Positions 40,752-49,931 of a stretch of DNA of 64,000 nucleotides are shown in pieces. The stretch spans positions 64,001 to 128,000 of the forward strand of contig CAWEXO010000014.1 of the NCBI GenBank assembly GCA_963813025.1. The letters are read 5' to 3'. Both the position numbers and the translations under genes were made by a program. The notes under the pieces are model-generated. The model saw nothing but the letters and a program-made list of their open reading frames with translations, was not told the DNA's origin and did not search any database. This stretch comes from an uncultured Verrucomicrobiae bacterium. GTDB lineage: Bacteria > Verrucomicrobiota > Verrucomicrobiia > Chthoniobacterales > JAFAMB01. Positions within the stretch are counted from its first letter, which is position 1. Every line of letters starts with the position of its first letter.

Positions 40752-41131
40752 CTAGCTAAGCTTCTCGGACTATGCGAATCCGGTCTCGGTGTCGTGCCCC
40801 AGACCGAAAATGGCTTTGATCCTCTGGCTGCCACCTATCCTGTGACGGCTTTGCCGATCACGCTCCGCCGGATTCAAACAGGGGATTATCGGCTCCAGGA
40901 CTTTGTCGCGGAACTAGTCCAGCAGGGCTTGGTCGTCCTCTACCCGGTTTCGCCAAGAGAAAAGAAGCTCCTGCAGAACTGGAATTGGCCGAGCGATGTT
41001 TTCTTACGGTTTGATCCCGAAAATCGGGAGTGATTTCAGCACGGACTCCGTCACCCCGAAGATCAAGGGGATGGTTACAACCAGCCAGACTGCTATTAGC
41101 TCGGCTGGCGAACTTGGGCGTTCTTCTGATT

Positions 41132-42516
41132 TCATATTCTATCTTTGATCTTCGACGGAAAGGGCGCCTGCTCCGGCGCCGGGACGTGATGGTGCTTCGG
41201 GTTTACCGGCGAGATAAGCAGATTGCAGATCAATCCAAGCAGAAGGAGACCCGCCATGATATACATGGTCGAATTATAAGCCTGTTGCTTTGGTACCCCG
41301 ATTCTTTTCAGGTGGTCAGAAATGTAGTTCACCAGGACCGGTCCAATGATGGCCGCAATCGACCAGGCAGTGATCAGGCGGCCATGGATCGCTCCCACCT
41401 GCAGCCCGCCGAAAATATCCTTGAGGTAGGCCGGGACAGTCGCAAATCCGCCTCCGTACATGGAAATGATCAGAAGGCAAATGAACAAAAACAGGGGGAG
41501 GTTCTTTGCCGCCTGCGTCCACGGAATCGAGGAGTAAAGGATCGCGCCAAGAACAAAGAAGAGCACGTAAGTATTCTTTCTTCCGAGGACATCGGATAAA
41601 GACGACCAACCGAATCGGCCGAGCATATTGGCGACACTGAGCAAGCCGGCAAATCCCGCTCCGACCGCGGCGCTGACACCAAACATATCCTGACAGAGCA
41701 GCGAAGCTTGCCCGAGGATTCCGATACCGGCGGAGACATTCAGACAGAGCACCGCCCAGAGCAGCCAGAACTGAGGTGTACGCCATGCGATATCGACTCT
41801 CACGTTTGCGTTGGTCACGAGGCGCCTGGCCGGTTGAGCCGTTCCAGCCGGCTGAGGCGCCCTCCAGTCCGGCGCCGGAACCCGCACGATGTACATGCCG
41901 AACATCATAAAGAGAAAGTAAATGACTCCCATAACGGCAAAGGTTTCGGCAACTCCGACGGAGGTCGATGAACGAAAATGGCTCATCAACTCTTGAGCGA
42001 GCGGAGCGCCGATCATCGCCCCACCGCCAAAGCCCATGATCGCGAGTCCGGTGGCCATGCCGGGACGATCGGGAAACCATTTCACCAAGGTCGAGACCGG
42101 AGAGATGTATCCCAGGCCAAGGCCGATCCCGCCGATTATCCCATAGCCAAGGTAGATGAGCCAGATGCTATGGAGCAGGACGCCGGCCGACGGGACCAGA
42201 AATCCACCACCAAAACAGCAGGCAGCAACAAACATCGTCAGCCGAGGACCCACTCGTTCGACCCATTTACCGAAAATTGCCGCGGAAGCGCCGAGCACGA
42301 AAAGCGAGATTGTAAAATCCAGCCGATCGTGGGTATGGACCAGTCGCTGGCCGTTGAGTGCGTGATCCCAAGTACACGGGACAAAGGCACGTTGAAAACG
42401 CTGAACCCATAGACTTGCCCAATACACATGTGTACGGCAAGTGCGGCGGGAGGGACCATCCAACGGGAAAAACCTGGACGCGCGACCGTTGACTCGCGCG
42501 AAAAAAAAGTGCGCAT
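41132..42516 (-). CDS. OFA-family MFS transporter (oxalate/formate antiporter-like), frameshifted at ~42314
   Basis: HMCIGQVYGFSVF, GLGLGYISPVSTLVKWFPDRPG, YGGGFATVPAY; adding one T restores GWIFTISL. Confidence 0.9.
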
Positions 42517-42556
42517 AAGGGGGTCTGGGATTTATGATCCAATCAAATCCACACAT

Positions 42557-42760
42557 CAAGCGGAAAGCGGCGGGAGCGAGAAGAGTAGCGGCTGGAGCGG
42601 ACTCAGCGGAGGAAGGTAACTGTGCAGCTGAGAAGCTCACGAGCGTTCAGGATTACGTTGCCATTCGCCAATGGACTGAGTTTCTGTCAGTTCCTACCGC
42701 TCTAGCACTACTTCCCACCGCTGAATCCGCTCCCGCCGCTCCCACCGCTTCCCGCTCCGT
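42557..42760. repeat. Degenerate GCGGAGGGA-type palindrome
   Basis: aagcggaaagcggcgggagcg...cggactcagcggaggaag / cttcccaccgctgaatccgctcccgccgctccc. Confidence 0.7.
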
Positions 42761-43034
42761 CCTCATCCTCGGGTCGTAGCGAGTCCGATCGAACCAGCTT
42801 CCCGTTTTCGGCAATCTGGAGCTCGAGGTCCGGTACGCCCTTCAAATCGAGATCCACCCGATAAATTTTTGTGTTGCCCCAGTCGTAGACTTCGGCGGAT
42901 CTAATGGTGCCGGCCGCGAGTTCGCGTTTGATCGTGTCGAGCACTGGTGCGGGGAGCTGGTCTGCGGGAATATCATCGGCCAACGCTCGAAAAGAAAGGC
43001 CGAAGGCGAGAAGGGTAAGAGCGAAGATTCGCAT
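42708..43034 (-). CDS. Small exported PepSY-like protein
   Basis: Signal peptide; DQLPAPVLDTI...YRVDL...ELQIAENGKLV. Confidence 0.7.
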   Translation of the reverse strand: MRIFALTLLAFGLSFRALADDIPADQLPAPVLDTIKRELAAGTIRSAEVYDWGNTKIYRVDLDLKGVPDLELQIAENGKLVRSDSLRPEDEDGAGSGGSGGSGFSGGK

Positions 43035-43109
43035 TGAACGTAGGAGTGTCTCCGGACGCAAATTCACGTTTTGTGGTACCGAGGTCAACTCACCGTTTGA
43101 ACAGGGAAT

Positions 43110-43180
43110 CTATAGGTCCTATAGGTCGTATACATCCTATAGGTCTTGTTCCTTTGTATCCTTTGTATCCTATAGGTAGG
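43110..43180. repeat. Degenerate 9-mer array (TATAGGTCC) upstream of dps
   Basis: tataggtcc tataggtcg tatacatcc tataggtct. Confidence 0.75.
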
Positions 43181-43214
43181 TCTTCCGGCACCTGCATCTC
43201 ATCAACCCAAAAAT

Positions 43215-43781
43215 ATGGCTAACATCAAGGCAAAGGCAGCTCGCCGAACCGCCCCCGAAGCAAAACTCCAGGCGGCAGGCGTGGCTCACGTTCATGAACG
43301 GCTCGGAACGCGGACGGATCTTTCCGAAAACGCGACCCGGGATATTGCAGCGGCAATCAACGGCTTGCTGGCCGACACTTTCGCCCTCTACCTCAAGACC
43401 AAGAACTTTCATTGGCACATGAGCGGTCCGCACTTTCGCGATTACCATCTTCTGCTGGACGAGCAGAGCGACCAGATCTTCGCGATGACTGATCCTCTGG
43501 CCGAGCGTGTTCGTAAGCTAGGTCGCAATACCCTTCATTCCGTCGGCGAAATCGCGCGAAACCAGCGCGTCCTCGACAACGATGCTGAGTATGTCGAGCC
43601 AGACGGCATGTTAGCGGAGCTACAGGAAGACAATCAGCAACTCGTCAAGCGCATGCGCGAGGCGCATGCCACCTGCGAAGATCACGGCGATGTCGCCACA
43701 GCGAGCCTGCTGGAGACATGGATCGATGAGGCGGAACGGCGCAACTGGTTTCTTTTCGAGGCGACCCGGCGGCACGCTTAG
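43215..43781 (+). CDS. dps: Dps DNA-protection ferritin-like protein
   Basis: KTKNFHWHMSGPHFRDYHLLLDE, DPLAERVR. Confidence 0.96.
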   Translation: MANIKAKAARRTAPEAKLQAAGVAHVHERLGTRTDLSENATRDIAAAINGLLADTFALYLKTKNFHWHMSGPHFRDYHLLLDEQSDQIFAMTDPLAERVRKLGRNTLHSVGEIARNQRVLDNDAEYVEPDGMLAELQEDNQQLVKRMREAHATCEDHGDVATASLLETWIDEAERRNWFLFEATRRHA

Positions 43782-43931
43782 CGATTGATTGCACCAGGAG
43801 CGCCCTGGAGTGCGTGCGACCGGGCAAGGACCTAGAATCCAGGATCTCGGATTTAGAATGCGGCAAACGGAGAATTTGGTTCTTTCCTCCGAGATCTCGG
43901 CTTCTAAATTCTAAATCCTAGCTCCTAGATT

Positions 43932-44768
43932 CTAGACCCTCGTGTCCTTGCCAAAGACAATTCTCTCCCGCCCTGAGTAGATATTAAATCGGCGATCGCG
44001 CAGGAACCCGACCAGCGTCGAATGGTATCGCCAAGCTAGCTCTACCGCAATGCTTGAGGGTGCGCCGACTGCCGCGAAGAACGGCACGCCCGCCATCAGC
44101 GCCTTCTGCACTAGCTCAAAGCCCGCCCGTCCACTGACTCCCAGCACGAGCCTTCCGAAAGTAGCTATGTTTCCGTCGAGGAGGACGCTCCCGATAAGCT
44201 TGTCGACCGCGTTATGCCGTCCAATATCCTCGTGTATGCGGAGCAGGTTTCCCTCCCGGTTGAAAAAAGCGGCCGCGTGCAGGCTGCCCGTGCGGCGGAA
44301 AACGTCCTGATGTGCTGCCAAGCTCAGCAGCGTTGCCGCATCCATTTTTGGCGCATCGGACGGAAGGTTGATAATCCGATTGATCGCGAGTGAATCCAGC
44401 GAGGCTTTGCCGCAAACGCCACAACTTGAACTTGTATAGAAGTGACGTTCAAGTCGATGCAGATCGATTGGTTGTTTCAATCGGAGAATGATTGAGTTGC
44501 CGCGCTGGCGTTCCTCTGTAATCGACTCAATCCAGGATGGATCGTGAATCAGTCCCTCCGTGAAAAGAAAGCCGGCCGCGAGTTCCCGGTCGTGCCCGGG
44601 AGTGCGCATGGTGATTGACACAGCCCGCTCAACCAAAGCCGCCCCGCGGCGGAAGGCAACCCGGATCTCCAATGGTTCCTCGATTGTGATTGCATCAAAA
44701 GCGGGAACGGCTGGACGGCCCTCCTGGTAACGGTAAACCGGAAGCTTTTTGACAACGGACGACGCCAT
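43932..44768 (-). CDS. fdhD: Formate dehydrogenase accessory sulfurtransferase
   Basis: EEPLEI, MRTPG, SSCGVCG, EDIGRHNAVDK. Confidence 0.95.
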   Translation of the reverse strand: MASSVVKKLPVYRYQEGRPAVPAFDAITIEEPLEIRVAFRRGAALVERAVSITMRTPGHDRELAAGFLFTEGLIHDPSWIESITEERQRGNSIILRLKQPIDLHRLERHFYTSSSCGVCGKASLDSLAINRIINLPSDAPKMDAATLLSLAAHQDVFRRTGSLHAAAFFNREGNLLRIHEDIGRHNAVDKLIGSVLLDGNIATFGRLVLGVSGRAGFELVQKALMAGVPFFAAVGAPSSIAVELAWRYHSTLVGFLRDRRFNIYSGRERIVFGKDTRV

Positions 44769-44903
44769 GGACTCGAGTGTTCTTCTCGCACGGAACTTAA
44801 AAATCTGCAGCAGGTTTGTCGGGAACTGTTTGTCATCGGTCATCGGCCTTTGGTCATCGCAAGATCAGTTTGGCCGCCGGCGATTTATGGCTAAGTTTCG
44901 GCC

Positions 44904-45437
44904 GTGGTCTTTGAGCGCGCCGCTATCAAATATCTTTACGTCTCGCCCGGGCACAATTTTTTTGGCCATTACGGGCGAGCTCCTTCGGATTATCCGATTC
45001 AGGAGGTAACCAGGATTCGTTGTCTCGCGGGACGCGGAATCGCAGGCGACCGGTTCCTCGATTACAAAGATGGTTACAAAGGCCAGATTACATTTTTTGA
45101 AGAGGAGGTTTACTTGGAACTGTGCAACCTCCTCAGCATCTATGATCGCTCGCCGGCAGTGCTCCGGCGAAATGTGCTGACGACCGGTGTGCGTCTTAAC
45201 GCTCTGATTGGCCAGACCTTTCAAATTCAAGGCGTTACGTTTTCTGGCGTCGAAGAATGCCGGCCCTGCTTCTGGATGGATCATGCTTTTGGGCCCGGAG
45301 CGGAGGCTCATCTCAAGGGACGGGGCGGGTTACGCGCCCGCATTCTGACCGATGGCTACCTGAAGACGAGCGCTCCTGATGACCAGCAAACCGCGGCTGT
45401 CGCGCAACCTGCAGGGGAGAGTCTTTTCGGTGGCTGA
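44904..45437 (+). CDS. MOSC-domain protein
   Basis: GIAGDRF, LRRNV, ECRPCFWMD, GRGGLRARI. Confidence 0.9.
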   Translation: MVFERAAIKYLYVSPGHNFFGHYGRAPSDYPIQEVTRIRCLAGRGIAGDRFLDYKDGYKGQITFFEEEVYLELCNLLSIYDRSPAVLRRNVLTTGVRLNALIGQTFQIQGVTFSGVEECRPCFWMDHAFGPGAEAHLKGRGGLRARILTDGYLKTSAPDDQQTAAVAQPAGESLFGG

Positions 45438-46089
45438 CAAACCTCCAACTTTGACGGTCAACGAGATCTATCGCTCAATCCAAGGCGAAAGCACCTGGGT
45501 GGGGCTTCCTTGCGTTTTTGTGCGCCTGACCTTTTGCAATCTGCGCTGTACTTATTGCGATACCGCTTACGCTTTTTATGAAGGGCGAAAAATGGCTTTG
45601 CCCGAGATTGTTGCGGCCGTCCTGGCCTTGAGCTGTCCCTTGGTCGAGATTACCGGCGGAGAACCCTTGCTTCAAAAAAATGTGTTACCGCTCATGGTGC
45701 AGCTTTGCGATCTCGGTCTGACTGTTTTGCTGGAGACAAGCGGCGCGCACGACATATCCAAAGTGGATCCGCGAGTGCACCGCATCATGGATCTCAAAAC
45801 GCCGGGCAGTGGTGAGGTTCGGCGAAATCGGTTCGCGAACATCGAGCATTTGACCGGTGGCGACGAAGTGAAATTCGTCATCGGATCGCGCGACGACTAC
45901 CTCTGGGCGAGAGAACAGATTGAAACGCATCGCTTGGCCAAACGATGTGGGACCGTTTTGCTTTCTCCGATCTTCGGGCGAATCGAGCCCAGGCAAATCG
46001 TCGAGTGGATGTTAGAAGATCGGCTGCTGGCGCGATTTCAGCTGCAGTTGCACAAATTTATCTGGGCTCCGGAGACCAAGGGCGTATGA
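45430..46089 (+). CDS. queE: 7-carboxy-7-deazaguanine synthase (radical SAM)
   Basis: SIQGES, CNLRCTYCDT, TGGEP, QLQLHK; adjacent to queD. Confidence 0.92.
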   Translation: MADKPPTLTVNEIYRSIQGESTWVGLPCVFVRLTFCNLRCTYCDTAYAFYEGRKMALPEIVAAVLALSCPLVEITGGEPLLQKNVLPLMVQLCDLGLTVLLETSGAHDISKVDPRVHRIMDLKTPGSGEVRRNRFANIEHLTGGDEVKFVIGSRDDYLWAREQIETHRLAKRCGTVLLSPIFGRIEPRQIVEWMLEDRLLARFQLQLHKFIWAPETKGV

Positions 46090-46451
46090 GAGCACGCTTA
46101 ACTAGGGTTTTCTTTTTTGAAGCGGCTCAGACCTTGCCCAAAGTGCCCAAATCACACAAATGCCGCCGGATGCATGGTCACAGCTTTAAAATCGAGGTAT
46201 CCGTTGAGGGTGAAGTGGATCCCGAGACTGGCTGGATTTATGACCACGCGCGGCTCGGGGAGATGATGAACCCGCTGCTGGAGCAGCTCGATCACTCCTA
46301 CCTCAATGACATCGTCGGTCTGGAAAATCCGACGATCGAATTAATGGCGGCCTGGTTCTGGAAGAAACTCACTCCGGGATGTCCTGGACTTTGCGAGATC
46401 GTAGTTCACGAGACCCCGACGGCGCGGTGCTCATACCAAGGTAGCGAATAG
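46086..46451 (+). CDS. queD: 6-carboxytetrahydropterin synthase
   Basis: CRRMHGHSF, LDHSYLND, NPTIE, HETP. Confidence 0.93.
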   Translation: MRARLTRVFFFEAAQTLPKVPKSHKCRRMHGHSFKIEVSVEGEVDPETGWIYDHARLGEMMNPLLEQLDHSYLNDIVGLENPTIELMAAWFWKKLTPGCPGLCEIVVHETPTARCSYQGSE

Positions 46452-46456
46452 AGTAA

Positions 46457-46629
46457 CAGGTAGCGGTCAATGGAGCGGAGGGAGCGGCGGAAGCGGCTTC
46501 AGCGGAGGGAGGTAGCGCGAGAGCGGAATAGTTGTGCAGCTGAAACCACAACCTCCGTTATGCTGCCTACCTACTTTCAACCGCTGAAGCCGCTTCCGCC
46601 GCTCCCTCCGCTCCATTGACCGCTACCTG
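46457..46629. repeat. GCGGAGGGA-type palindrome, 49-bp perfect arms
   Basis: 46457-46505 is the reverse complement of 46581-46629. Confidence 0.95.
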
Positions 46630-46686
46630 CTAGTTGGCACCGCTGTATTGACCTCTCGCCTATTCATCGAGTAAGAAAGCCTCCCA

Positions 46687-47631
46687 ATGAAAGATCGGAT
46701 GGTGCTCGCCATCGTCTTATTGCTTTTTGCCGCGCAAAACCTGCTCGCCGATTCTTTCACTTTTAACCTCATTTCCAGCGGGCGCCTGGCGTTTCCCGCC
46801 TGGATGCCCGAACGTCCCTTGGCGCTTCCGAGTGAACATGCCCAACTCTCCTTCCCGATTGTGCCGATCCCGGCGGACGACGACCTGGCTTTGACGGTCG
46901 TTTTCAACGACCTTGTGGCCGGTTATCTGAGCGTTCTTTGGGAAGATGCGGAAGGCCATCGCCAGATGCTGGCGGCCAATCTCTTCGAGAACATTGGACT
47001 ACCCGATCAACGCACCTTGCTGATCAGCCGGCCGACAATGGGAGGCCCGGGCCGGCTCATTCTGCAATCGAGCGAGCCGATTTTGAACGTTATCAGGGTT
47101 CGACTGGACTGGGTTCGGCCAGGGGTGATCCGGCTGACTGATAACCAGCCCAACGGCGCTCTAGTCACGAGCGGCGGTAAAATATTTGCTCCGGAAGAAG
47201 TTGATGGCGCCCCGCTGACCCCGATCGCCGACACCTGGGAAGGCATTATTTTGACGAGCTCAGTAACTGAGCGGGCTGAGCGTCTCGATCGCGGGATCGA
47301 TTTTCAGGTAAACGTTCCCCGCAAAGTCAATCGCATGCGCGTGGACGTTATGGTTAATGGATTACCGTTGGATCAAGCGTTTAATCTTTGGCTCAACGGG
47401 ATGCGGGTCGGGTCTTTGGCAATGGAAGTGCCCGACCTTACCGATCCGGGCTACGATCATAATGCCAATGTGAGCAGCGACGAGAACTTTACCGGCTGGC
47501 GGCGTGGTGTGCTGTATCTGACGGGCGACCGATTGCCTGTCGGCGATAATCATTTTGAGTTTGAGGGTCCCCCTGGTGTGCCGCTGGCAATCCGTGATTT
47601 CCTGATCCAGGTCGACTACGCACCGTACTGA
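46687..47631 (+). CDS. Hypothetical exported protein
   Basis: 314-aa ORF with signal peptide, beta-rich. Confidence 0.75.
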   Translation: MKDRMVLAIVLLLFAAQNLLADSFTFNLISSGRLAFPAWMPERPLALPSEHAQLSFPIVPIPADDDLALTVVFNDLVAGYLSVLWEDAEGHRQMLAANLFENIGLPDQRTLLISRPTMGGPGRLILQSSEPILNVIRVRLDWVRPGVIRLTDNQPNGALVTSGGKIFAPEEVDGAPLTPIADTWEGIILTSSVTERAERLDRGIDFQVNVPRKVNRMRVDVMVNGLPLDQAFNLWLNGMRVGSLAMEVPDLTDPGYDHNANVSSDENFTGWRRGVLYLTGDRLPVGDNHFEFEGPPGVPLAIRDFLIQVDYAPY

Positions 47632-47675
47632 AGCGGCCGGTCCTGCGTCCTGCGTATTGCGCCCTGCCGCCTTCA

Positions 47676-47734
47676 CGCATTACGCCGACACGCACTACGC
47701 ATTACGCCAACACGCACTACGCATTACGCCAACA
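47676..47734. repeat. 22-bp tandem repeat (about 2.7 copies)
   Basis: acgcattacgccgacacgcact acgcattacgccaacacgcact acgcattacgccaac. Confidence 0.9.
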
Positions 47735-47806
47735 TGTCCCGTGCCTCCTGCTCTCCCGGCCCCGCATTGACTTGCCGCCGTGAACACTTAGCTTCTGCAT
47801 TTGTCT

Positions 47807-48268
47807 ATGAGATGGACTCCCTTGCGCGCAATGCATTCGACTTCTTCTCTCCGCAAAGGCCGCTCAGTTTCTGGCTACACGCTGATGGAAATCATGCTGG
47901 TCGTCGCCATTATCGCGGTGATCGCGGGTGGGGTTATCATCAAGATGACCGGCGCGCTCGATGTGGCCAAGATCCAGCGAGCGGAACAGGATATTGCCAA
48001 TATCTATAGTGCCCTCAAGCTTTATGAAGCGCGGAATAATCAGATGCCCGATCAGAGCCAGGGACTCGATGCGCTGGTAAATCCGCCCACCACTGGCACG
48101 CCGCCCCCAAATTGGGTTCGGCTGATGGACAGTATGCCCGTCGACCCCTGGGGCACGCCTTACCAGTATCGCAATCCAGGAAAACGCGATCCGTCCGGAG
48201 TCGATGTTTTTTCATTTGGACCTGATCGCAAAGAGAGTGCCGACGACATCTATCGGCGCGTGCAGTAA
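47807..48268 (+). CDS. gspG: Type II secretion major pseudopilin (start uncertain)
   Basis: GYTLMEIMLVVAII, QGLDALV, DPWGTPYQY, SFGPD. Confidence 0.92.
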   Translation: MRWTPLRAMHSTSSLRKGRSVSGYTLMEIMLVVAIIAVIAGGVIIKMTGALDVAKIQRAEQDIANIYSALKLYEARNNQMPDQSQGLDALVNPPTTGTPPPNWVRLMDSMPVDPWGTPYQYRNPGKRDPSGVDVFSFGPDRKESADDIYRRVQ

Positions 48269-48273
48269 TTTTA

Positions 48274-48798
48274 ATGCTTTCTCGGCGATTGATTTTGTCT
48301 AAATCGTTCTCATCGGGTTTTCTGGTGGATGGGACGCTGCGTGGGTTCACGCTTCTCGAGGTGTGCTTCGCCTTGTTTATTGTAGCCGTGCTGTTTGTCG
48401 TCGCGGTGCCGCCGGCCGCGCACTTGTACGATGAAGAGCGGCTGCAGAAGCCGGTTCGCGAGCTGCAAGGCTTTGCCAAGACCGCGCGTCGAGAAGCGAT
48501 GACGAACCATCAGCCTTATCAAGTGCTCCTGCGCAGCGACCGATTGATTTTAACACCGGCGGAAAAAAAAGACGATCAAGAACAAAAGATTTACATGTTA
48601 CCGGGAGATGTGACGATGGAGGTGCGGCATCTCACCGATAAAGATTTCAAGCGGCCCGCTGAAGATCAATGGTCCTTCGCGGCGAACGGGCTTTGCGAGC
48701 CGTTGTCTTTCCTTTTCCAGAGGGGAAATGATTGGATTCGCTTTCAAGTCAGCCCGTTGACCGCGCGCATCGAAAACCGGCAGTCATTCATTCGATGA
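48274..48798 (+). CDS. Minor pseudopilin (GspH-like)
   Basis: GFTLLEVCFAL prepilin motif; position after gspG. Confidence 0.8.
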   Translation: MLSRRLILSKSFSSGFLVDGTLRGFTLLEVCFALFIVAVLFVVAVPPAAHLYDEERLQKPVRELQGFAKTARREAMTNHQPYQVLLRSDRLILTPAEKKDDQEQKIYMLPGDVTMEVRHLTDKDFKRPAEDQWSFAANGLCEPLSFLFQRGNDWIRFQVSPLTARIENRQSFIR

Positions 48799-49214
48799 GA
48801 GTGCCTCTTCAGGATTTTTTTTCTCTGAAACGCAGAAGCCGCAGGTCACCCGGTTTTGTCCTCTGGGAGATGATGCTGGCCCTCATGATTTTCTGCATTG
48901 TCGCGGTGAGTCTCACCCGGGCGCTGCACCAAACGATCGACACCGCGGTCATCCTCCGGGATGATTCAGAAGTGCGGCGGAACCTCCAAAACATCCTGGC
49001 GGAAAGCGAGACCATTAAACTGAACCCGGGTAAAGCCAATCTATCGATCGGCGATGGGCGAGTTCGCTACGAGCGTGAGATCAATCGCATTCAACCAAAG
49101 AACGACCGGAACCAGATCCTCGCCAACCTTTATCAAGTCATCGCCCGCGCTAACTGGACCTCGCAAAACCAGACGCGAACCAGTAAGGCGGAGATCGTGG
49201 TTTATCAGCCATGA
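48795..49214 (+). CDS. Minor pseudopilin (GspI-like)
   Basis: GFVLWEMMLAL. Confidence 0.78.
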   Translation: MRVPLQDFFSLKRRSRRSPGFVLWEMMLALMIFCIVAVSLTRALHQTIDTAVILRDDSEVRRNLQNILAESETIKLNPGKANLSIGDGRVRYEREINRIQPKNDRNQILANLYQVIARANWTSQNQTRTSKAEIVVYQP

Positions 49215-49909
49215 GGAGGAAGCGTGAAGCGTTGCGAGTCCCGGGTCCCGCGTCCCGAGTGGCGGAACCCGGGACTCGCGACGCGGAACCCGGGACTCGG
49301 GACTCTTCCTCCGGCTATCTCCTCTTTGAGGTGCTTTTGGCGATGGCCATCCTTACTATCGTCGTCGTCCTGGTGTTTCGGATAATTGAGAGCACGGTGC
49401 GCTCAACGCTGGACGTCAGTTATCTTCAGACGAAAGAGGAGCAGGCGGATGGTCTCTTCGAATTGCTTCGCCAAAACTTTGTTTCGCTTCCTCAACTGAC
49501 GGCGTTCCAAACGAGGGAACACTCCGGCGCCACTGAACTCATTTTCCGAAAGGCGCCTTTTAATTTTTCGTGGTCTAGCCAAGGTCCACAGTTCGGGACA
49601 ATTGTGCTCTCCGCCAGGCCTGGGGCGGATGGGCGCCTTTCGTTATGTGTCCTTCAGGAACCGGAGGACGCCTCGCAAAGCTACCTGGATGGCTCGTCGG
49701 ACGCCGAGCCAAATTGGTTCGTCATTCTTCCCGATCTTGAACAGTTAAGTTGGCGCTTTTATGACGGCGGCGCCGGCAAGTGGGAAACGAACTGGCCAAA
49801 TCCAGCGATCAAGCCAGAATTAGTCGAACTAACCTTTAAGTTAAGCGGAGATCCGCGCGTGCAGCGCGGAGTATTCCGTTGGCCAGTGGCCACATCCAGC
49901 GGGACCTAG
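49211..49909 (+). CDS. Minor pseudopilin (GspJ-like)
   Basis: GYLLFEVLLAM; WETNW...PELVELT. Confidence 0.78.
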   Translation: MRRKREALRVPGPASRVAEPGTRDAEPGTRDSSSGYLLFEVLLAMAILTIVVVLVFRIIESTVRSTLDVSYLQTKEEQADGLFELLRQNFVSLPQLTAFQTREHSGATELIFRKAPFNFSWSSQGPQFGTIVLSARPGADGRLSLCVLQEPEDASQSYLDGSSDAEPNWFVILPDLEQLSWRFYDGGAGKWETNWPNPAIKPELVELTFKLSGDPRVQRGVFRWPVATSSGT

Positions 49910-49931
49910 TGCGCCGCCTCAAATACCGATA

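Larger units (their letters stand above)
40154..41033 (+). pseudogene. mobA: Molybdenum cofactor guanylyltransferase interrupted by two IS110-derived mini-elements
   Basis: LLAGGRSRRMGQDK, GPLGG, DLP, DPLAATYP; removing 244 bp gives a continuous 211-aa ORF (...SADFLAKLLGLCES...). Confidence 0.92.

Noticed and set aside
40508..40753. Simple tandem duplication of mobA sequence, or a CRISPR-like array
   Set aside because: The unit is foreign to mobA (both copies must be removed to restore the frame), has no spacers and matches IS110 ends
40587..41033. 148-aa ORF as an independent gene
   Set aside because: Chimera of mini-element sequence and the mobA 3' half
45430..46451. queE/queD as part of a 7-deazaguanine DNA modification island
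   Set aside because: No dpdA/tgt paralogue, helicase or other dpd gene nearby; ordinary queuosine biosynthesis explains them
47676..47734. 22-bp repeats as a mini CRISPR
   Set aside because: Directly tandem, no spacers, no cas genes
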